Source of the DNA: Acidobacteriota bacterium
Lineage (GTDB): Bacteria; Acidobacteriota; CAIWXX01
Direction: 5' to 3'
DNA length: 64,000 nucleotides
Assembly (NCBI GenBank): GCA_040755995.1
Contig: JBFMAF010000023.1
Span: 192,001 to 256,000, forward strand
Both the position numbers and the translations under genes were made by a program. The notes below the pieces were generated by a model. It saw only the letters and a list, made by a program, of their open reading frames with translations, had not been told where the DNA came from and ran no database searches. Positions within the stretch are counted from its first letter, which is position 1, and every line of letters starts with the position of its first letter. Positions 59,376 through 64,000 of the stretch are shown piece after piece.

Positions 59376-60709
59376 CGCTGCGGAGGAAGCTCCTCTTGGC
59401 CCAGCTGCCGCTCGGGCTCGTCCTCACTCTCCTGGGGATCGTCTCAGTCGTCACGGTCGACACCCTGGGTAAGACATCCGACCGCATCCTGAGGGACAAC
59501 TACCGGAGCGTGCTTTCGGCACAACGAATGAAGGAGTTCGTCGAGCGCATCGACACTGCGGCGCTCTTCCTGGTCGCCGGTGAGAACGAACGAGGCATAG
59601 CTCAGGCCGAAACCTACCGCACCCCCTTCGAGCAAGAGCTGAGAGTCCAGGAAGGAAACATCACCGAAGCCGGCGAGCTGGAGGCCACGCGAGAGCTCCG
59701 CGCCGCCTGGAGTGCCTACACAAGGGCGTTCGACGAGCTCGAGGCAAACCCCGTGGCGGCCGTCTATTTCGACAGACTCGAGCCACGGTTCAAGGCCGTC
59801 AGTGCAGCCGCGGACGCTGTTCTGGCGCTCAATCAAGATGCGATGGTCCGCAAGAGCGAGGAGGCCCGCAAGATCGCCCGCAGCAAGATGAACCTGATGA
59901 CCGGTGTCACACTACTCGCGCTGTGCGCTGGTATCTTCTCCTCCTTCTGGCTCACCAGCCGCCTCATGCTTCCTCTCGAGAGCTTGAGCCTGGCCGTCAG
60001 GCGCGTGGGGGAAGGCGACCACTCGGCACGAGCGGCGGTGGAGGGCGATGACGAAATCGCGCATCTCGCGCGGGAGATCAACGAGATGACAACGCGCATC
60101 GAGACGTATCGACGAAGCTCGCTTGGCGAGCTGCTGCAGGCGCAGCTCGCCTCGCAAGCCGCCATCGACAGTATCCCGGATCCAGTGATCATCTTCGCCG
60201 TTGATGGCGGCCTGCTCTGCTCGAACCAGGCAGCCGACATCATGCTCGACATGGACATCTCGCAGGGGTCGTCCGGGGGCCTGGCGCCGGTCGATCAAGA
60301 GCTGAGGGCGGCAATCGAGCGGGTTCGGGATCACGTCCTGACGGGGAAAGGACCGTACCTGCCCAAGGGGCTCGATGAGGCCGTCACAATGCCCTCCTCT
60401 GAGGGAGAACGATACTTGCTGCCGCGAGCCACACCGGTCTACAGCGAAGAGAAAGTGATTACGGGCGTCACCGTGATCCTGCAGGACGTGACCCGTCTCC
60501 GCCGATTCGATGATCTCCGGCGGAACCTCTCGGCGGGCTTCGCCCACCAGATCGGCGTCCCGCTCGGTTCGCTGCGCATGGCGATCCATGTGTGTATCGA
60601 TGGAGCGGCGGGCGAGCTGACTCCGAAGCAGCTCGACATCCTCTACGCTGCTCGCGACGAGTGCGAGCGCATGCAGACGATCGTCGAGGAGTTCCAGGAC
60701 CTCACATGA
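59372..60709 (+). CDS. Membrane sensor (4HB-HAMP-PAS-DHp) lacking the HATPase domain
   Basis: TM, ILRDNYRSV, TM, HAMP, PAS (IDSIPDPV...LQDVT), degenerate H-box AHQIGVPL; stops at the end of the DHp. Confidence 0.85.
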   Translation: MTLRRKLLLAQLPLGLVLTLLGIVSVVTVDTLGKTSDRILRDNYRSVLSAQRMKEFVERIDTAALFLVAGENERGIAQAETYRTPFEQELRVQEGNITEAGELEATRELRAAWSAYTRAFDELEANPVAAVYFDRLEPRFKAVSAAADAVLALNQDAMVRKSEEARKIARSKMNLMTGVTLLALCAGIFSSFWLTSRLMLPLESLSLAVRRVGEGDHSARAAVEGDDEIAHLAREINEMTTRIETYRRSSLGELLQAQLASQAAIDSIPDPVIIFAVDGGLLCSNQAADIMLDMDISQGSSGGLAPVDQELRAAIERVRDHVLTGKGPYLPKGLDEAVTMPSSEGERYLLPRATPVYSEEKVITGVTVILQDVTRLRRFDDLRRNLSAGFAHQIGVPLGSLRMAIHVCIDGAAGELTPKQLDILYAARDECERMQTIVEEFQDLT

Positions 60710-61191
60710 AGCTCGCCGACTTCCTCGGACCCGACGCCGTGATACCGGAGCTGCAGGGGCGGGATCCCCGATCGGTGCTCGCGGATCTCAGCGCTCCAAT
60801 CGCCGAGGCCGAGGGGTTGAGCACGTCGGAACTGGTGGAAGGTCTCCTCGAGCGGGAGGCGTTGGGTTCGACCGCCGTCGGCGACGGTGTCGCGCTTCCG
60901 CACGCGAGGTTTGCGAAGCTGACGAGGTTGACGGCGAGCTTCGGCCGTTCGAGAGCCGGGATACCCTTTGGTGCCGCAGACGGCGAGCCGGTGCATCTCT
61001 TCTTCGCGATCTTCACGCCGGAGGACCTGGCCGGAGCCCACCTCAAGGCCCTGGCACACGTGAGCCGCGTCCTGGGCAATCCCGCTATTCGCGAGGCCGC
61101 GCTGAGCGCCGCGGACGCCGACGAGATCTACCGGGCTCTCATCTCGAACGACAGGCCCTCGCCTGTCGTGCCTGATCGAGGCGCCACCTGA
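60706..61191 (+). CDS. ptsN: PTS EIIA component (EIIA-Ntr/fructose type)
   Basis: EREALGSTAVGDGVALPHAR (phospho-His), DGEPVHLFF, HLKALA; ATGA overlap with the upstream sensor. Confidence 0.85.
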   Translation: MKLADFLGPDAVIPELQGRDPRSVLADLSAPIAEAEGLSTSELVEGLLEREALGSTAVGDGVALPHARFAKLTRLTASFGRSRAGIPFGAADGEPVHLFFAIFTPEDLAGAHLKALAHVSRVLGNPAIREAALSAADADEIYRALISNDRPSPVVPDRGAT

Positions 61192-61360
61192 GGCGACTTC
61201 GGCTACGCGCCGGGGGTGGGCAAGACACACCCGATATTGGAGTCTGGCCGGCGCCTCGTGGCCCAGCACGTCGATGAGGTCGTGGGATGCGTTGAGCCAC
61301 ACGGCCGTCCGCAAACAGCCGAGCTGGTGGACGGCATCGGGGTGACGCCGCACGACTGGA
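61192..61360 (+). pseudogene. Degenerate fragment of a KdpD N-terminal domain, in frame after the ptsN stop
   Basis: GDFGYAPGVGKTHPILESGRRL...VVGCVEPHGRPQTAELVDG aligns with LGFAAGVGKTYRMLEEAHSL...VIGLVEPHGRPETAALIDG of 58227-59375. Confidence 0.8.
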
Positions 61361-61657
61361 GCACGCCTTCCAGTACGACTTGGCCAAGTAGCGAGGGATT
61401 CCGTCGCTTACCGGACCAGATCTTGTCTAGGCCGGCAACCGCACTTCACGCGTGGACTCTGTGAGCGTCCAGTCATGGGGTGTGATCAACATCATCTTGG
61501 CCAATCCGTGGGGCAGTACCTGCTCCGGCCAGGAGATTCTCATCAGACTTGCCGGCGCTGTGCAGCATAGACGGTTACGATACCAGACATTCGTCGGCAT
61601 GCAAACAAGTCAGCGGAGCCACAGTCACCAAGGCATAGAACGATATACCTTCTTTCG

Positions 61658-62392
61658 ATGGCCATTGCTTTCGACATCGCTGTAGTGCACAATTGTCGGG
61701 ATCAAATGGACCTGCGTCGAGTTCGCGCGATTGTGTCGACCACGGGCGATCCTGCTTTCGCCACCGATGAACGGGGCCTGATTGTCGGGTGGAACCGAGC
61801 CAGTGAGGAGCTGATGGGGATTCCGGCCGAGAAGAGTATCGGCAAGCCCTGCGGCGAAGTCCTGGATGCCGCTGATGAATGTGGGCCCGTCTGCTCCCGA
61901 GATTGCGTCGTGCAGCGGGCTGTCCACAGAAAGACGCCCCTCAGGAATTTCGATTTCCTGATACCGACCAAGGCCGGGAGGCAGTGGTGCAATGTCTCTG
62001 TGTTCTGGGTCGACGGCGAGGCGACCGGTTCCTGGTACGCAGTCCACATCCTCCGGATGATCGACATTCGGAAGCGGATGGAGCTTCTTCTGGCAGACTT
62101 CATCCGGGGCTGCACGGATCTCCCCACGGAGCAAGTCAAGGCTCTGATCTCGAAATCACGAACGCCTGCCCGAGACAGCAGGCTGACTGCGCGGGAGCTG
62201 GAAACCTTGCAGCTGGTCTCACGAGGCATGACCACGCACCAGATGGCCAAGAAGATGGGCATCAGCCGTACGACCGTGAACAACCACATCCAGCATCTGA
62301 TGAAGAAGCTCGGCGCAAGAACCCGCCTGGAAGCCCTCCGGCGCGCCGAGCGTGCCGGGCTCCTGCCATGGGCTCATGATCAGGGGCAATGA
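61658..62392 (+). CDS. PAS-domain LuxR-family transcriptional regulator
   Basis: PAS (IVGWNRASEELMG) and LuxR HTH (LTARE...ISRTTVNNH). Start may be ATG 61706. Confidence 0.88.
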   Translation: MAIAFDIAVVHNCRDQMDLRRVRAIVSTTGDPAFATDERGLIVGWNRASEELMGIPAEKSIGKPCGEVLDAADECGPVCSRDCVVQRAVHRKTPLRNFDFLIPTKAGRQWCNVSVFWVDGEATGSWYAVHILRMIDIRKRMELLLADFIRGCTDLPTEQVKALISKSRTPARDSRLTARELETLQLVSRGMTTHQMAKKMGISRTTVNNHIQHLMKKLGARTRLEALRRAERAGLLPWAHDQGQ

Positions 62393-62487
62393 GCGGTTCC
62401 TGGCGCTGAGCTCATTGCGCCTCCTCGATCAACGGCTGTGATCGTTTGCCCTTGGTGAGTCGCCCCCTCCGACAAGCCACAGACCTG

Positions 62488-62557
62488 AAGACATCCGCAG
62501 ATTCATGAGATTGCGAAGACATCCGCAGATTCCGCAGATCTGCGATATCTGCGGATC
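62488..62557. repeat. CGCAGAT-type short repeats with an inverted arm
   Basis: AGACATCCGCAGATT twice, then CCGCAGAT...ATCTGCGG. Confidence 0.65.
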
Positions 62558-62714
62558 TCCGGGTTCGCAGCCATACCCGCTACCCGCGTTCGCCAAAGCC
62601 TTCGTACCCCTGTGTATGTCACCACTACTAGACAGACTCATCACGAGAATGATGTGAATATGCGATTGTTCCCTCCCCTTGGGAACCCTGATAATCAGTT
62701 GGGCGGTTGGATAC

Positions 62715-63332
62715 ATGCTGCCATTTGAACGGCATCAGTGCGAGGGCGCAACGGAGTCTCATCAACGCGGCGATGTCACTGAGCTGCTGAAAGAATGGCG
62801 CGAGGGGAGCGAGGAGGCGCTGCAGCGGCTGATCCCTCTTGTCTACGGAGAGCTGCGTTCACGGGCCGCACGATACCTGCGGCACGAGCGCGCCGGACAC
62901 ACGCTGCAGCCGACCGCGCTGGTTCATGAAGCGTTTCTCCGCCTCTTCGGGCAGCACCCGGTCGAGTGGCAGAATCGGGCGCAGTTTTTCGGCGTGGCTG
63001 CTCAGATGATGCGTCGGATACTTGTCGATCATGCGCGATCCAAGTACGCCGGGAAGCGCGGCGGCGTGTGCATTAAGCTGGACGTCGAGTCGGTAGAGGA
63101 TGCTCCTGCCGGAGCTACTACGGTCGATGTTGTCGCCGTCGATCAGGCGCTGAGCAGGCTTGCGGCGCTCGATCCCGATCAGGCGCGAGTCGTCGAGCTC
63201 CGGTTCTTCGGTGGATTGACGGTCGAAGAAACGGCGGAAGTCATCGGATGTTCGCCGCGGACCGTGAAGCGCGAGTGGCGTTCGGCCAAGGCGTGGCTCC
63301 ACAGGGAGCTGTCAGGAGCAGGAGCACGTTGA
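62715..63332 (+). CDS. ECF sigma factor, TIGR02999/ECF43-type
   Basis: DVTELL, VYGELR, HTLQPTALVHEAFLRL, RRILVDHAR, VELRFFGGLT. Start is approximate. Confidence 0.9.
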   Translation: MLPFERHQCEGATESHQRGDVTELLKEWREGSEEALQRLIPLVYGELRSRAARYLRHERAGHTLQPTALVHEAFLRLFGQHPVEWQNRAQFFGVAAQMMRRILVDHARSKYAGKRGGVCIKLDVESVEDAPAGATTVDVVAVDQALSRLAALDPDQARVVELRFFGGLTVEETAEVIGCSPRTVKREWRSAKAWLHRELSGAGAR

Positions 63333-64000
63333 CACCCGAACGATGGTCGCGCGTGAAAGCGCTCTTCGACGAAGCGTGTGAGCGGCCGGACGGGGAGCGT
63401 GCTGCGTTTCTCGACGATGCCTGCCCGGGGGACACCGAGTTGCGAGGCGAGGTCGAGGCGCTCCTCCGCTCCGATGAGGCAGCGCCCGGATTCCTCGACA
63501 CTCCCGCCGCCGTGACAACCGGCGCCGTCACGGATCGTCCCGTGAGGCAGGCCGGGCCGTACAGCATAGTGCGCGAGATCGGTCGAGGCGGAATGGGTGC
63601 TGTCTACCTGGCGACCCGCGCCGACAGCGAGTACAGGAAGGACGTTGCGTTGAAGATCCTGCCGCTCGGTCTCGACTCCGAGCTCGCGCAGGAGAAGTTT
63701 CGGAACGAGCGGCAGATCCTCGCTTCGCTCCAACACCCCTACATCGCGGCGCTCCACGACGGCGGAACCACCGAGGATGGCCTGCTCTACTTCGTCATGG
63801 AGCATGTACAGGGGGAGGATGTCCTCACCTACTGCGATCGCAGAAGGCTCTCGATCACCGCGCGCCTCGAGCTGTTCCGAAAGATCTGCTCGGCCGTCCA
63901 GTACGCTCATCAGAACCTTGTCATCCACCGCGACATCAAGCCCGGGAACATCTTCGTGACCGAGTCCGGCGATCCGAAGCTGCTCGATTTCGGCATCTCG
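63329..64000 (+). CDS. Ser/Thr protein kinase, 5' part (runs off the window edge)
   Basis: Not in the ORF track. TTG overlaps the sigma stop: MTPERWSRVKALF...IGRGGMGAVY...VALK...HPYIA...HRDIKPGNI...LLDFGIS. Confidence 0.92.
   Translation, partial: MTPERWSRVKALFDEACERPDGERAAFLDDACPGDTELRGEVEALLRSDEAAPGFLDTPAAVTTGAVTDRPVRQAGPYSIVREIGRGGMGAVYLATRADSEYRKDVALKILPLGLDSELAQEKFRNERQILASLQHPYIAALHDGGTTEDGLLYFVMEHVQGEDVLTYCDRRRLSITARLELFRKICSAVQYAHQNLVIHRDIKPGNIFVTESGDPKLLDFGIS

Noticed and set aside
61189..61191. Selenocysteine recoding of the ptsN TGA, given selB in the window
   Set aside because: The position aligns with Lys of KdpD rather than Cys, the downstream domain is degenerate, and no convincing SECIS was seen.

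Overview
GC-rich bacterial chromosomal segment. The gene mix (ECF43-type sigma plus Ser/Thr kinase, mglBA after recR, Hyb hydrogenase, intergenic microsatellites) suggests Acidobacteriota or a similar lineage; this is inference only. In order it holds: partial selB; an Fe-S protein divergent from a Crp/Fnr regulator; a PIN toxin-antitoxin pair; a methyltransferase-GT4-GT4 cluster; tatA; an SGNH hydrolase; pgi; rnr; a glycosyltransferase/radical-SAM surface-glycan cluster; a Hyb-type [NiFe] hydrogenase operon; Rpn and HNH nucleases; an archaeal-style family B DNA polymerase; folB; a NusG paralog, nucleotidyltransferase and ABC exporter; an EPS locus (beta-barrel, Wzc); ftsEX-transglycosylase-hutI; ffs-dnaX-ybaB-recR-mglB-mglA; kdpFABC with an unusual regulatory tail; a PAS-LuxR regulator; and an ECF sigma with a partial Ser/Thr kinase. 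Best leads: (1) a split KdpD whose kinase half stops after a degenerate DHp and is coupled to an EIIA(Ntr)-like gene, with no kdpE but KdpE-like boxes upstream; (2) a PolB with an archaeal N-terminal domain and a bacterial beta-clamp motif; (3) an exact ops 12-mer in the EPS leader near a NusG paralog; (4) a DnaX lacking the tau C-terminal domains. All calls come from reading motifs by eye; no searches were run.
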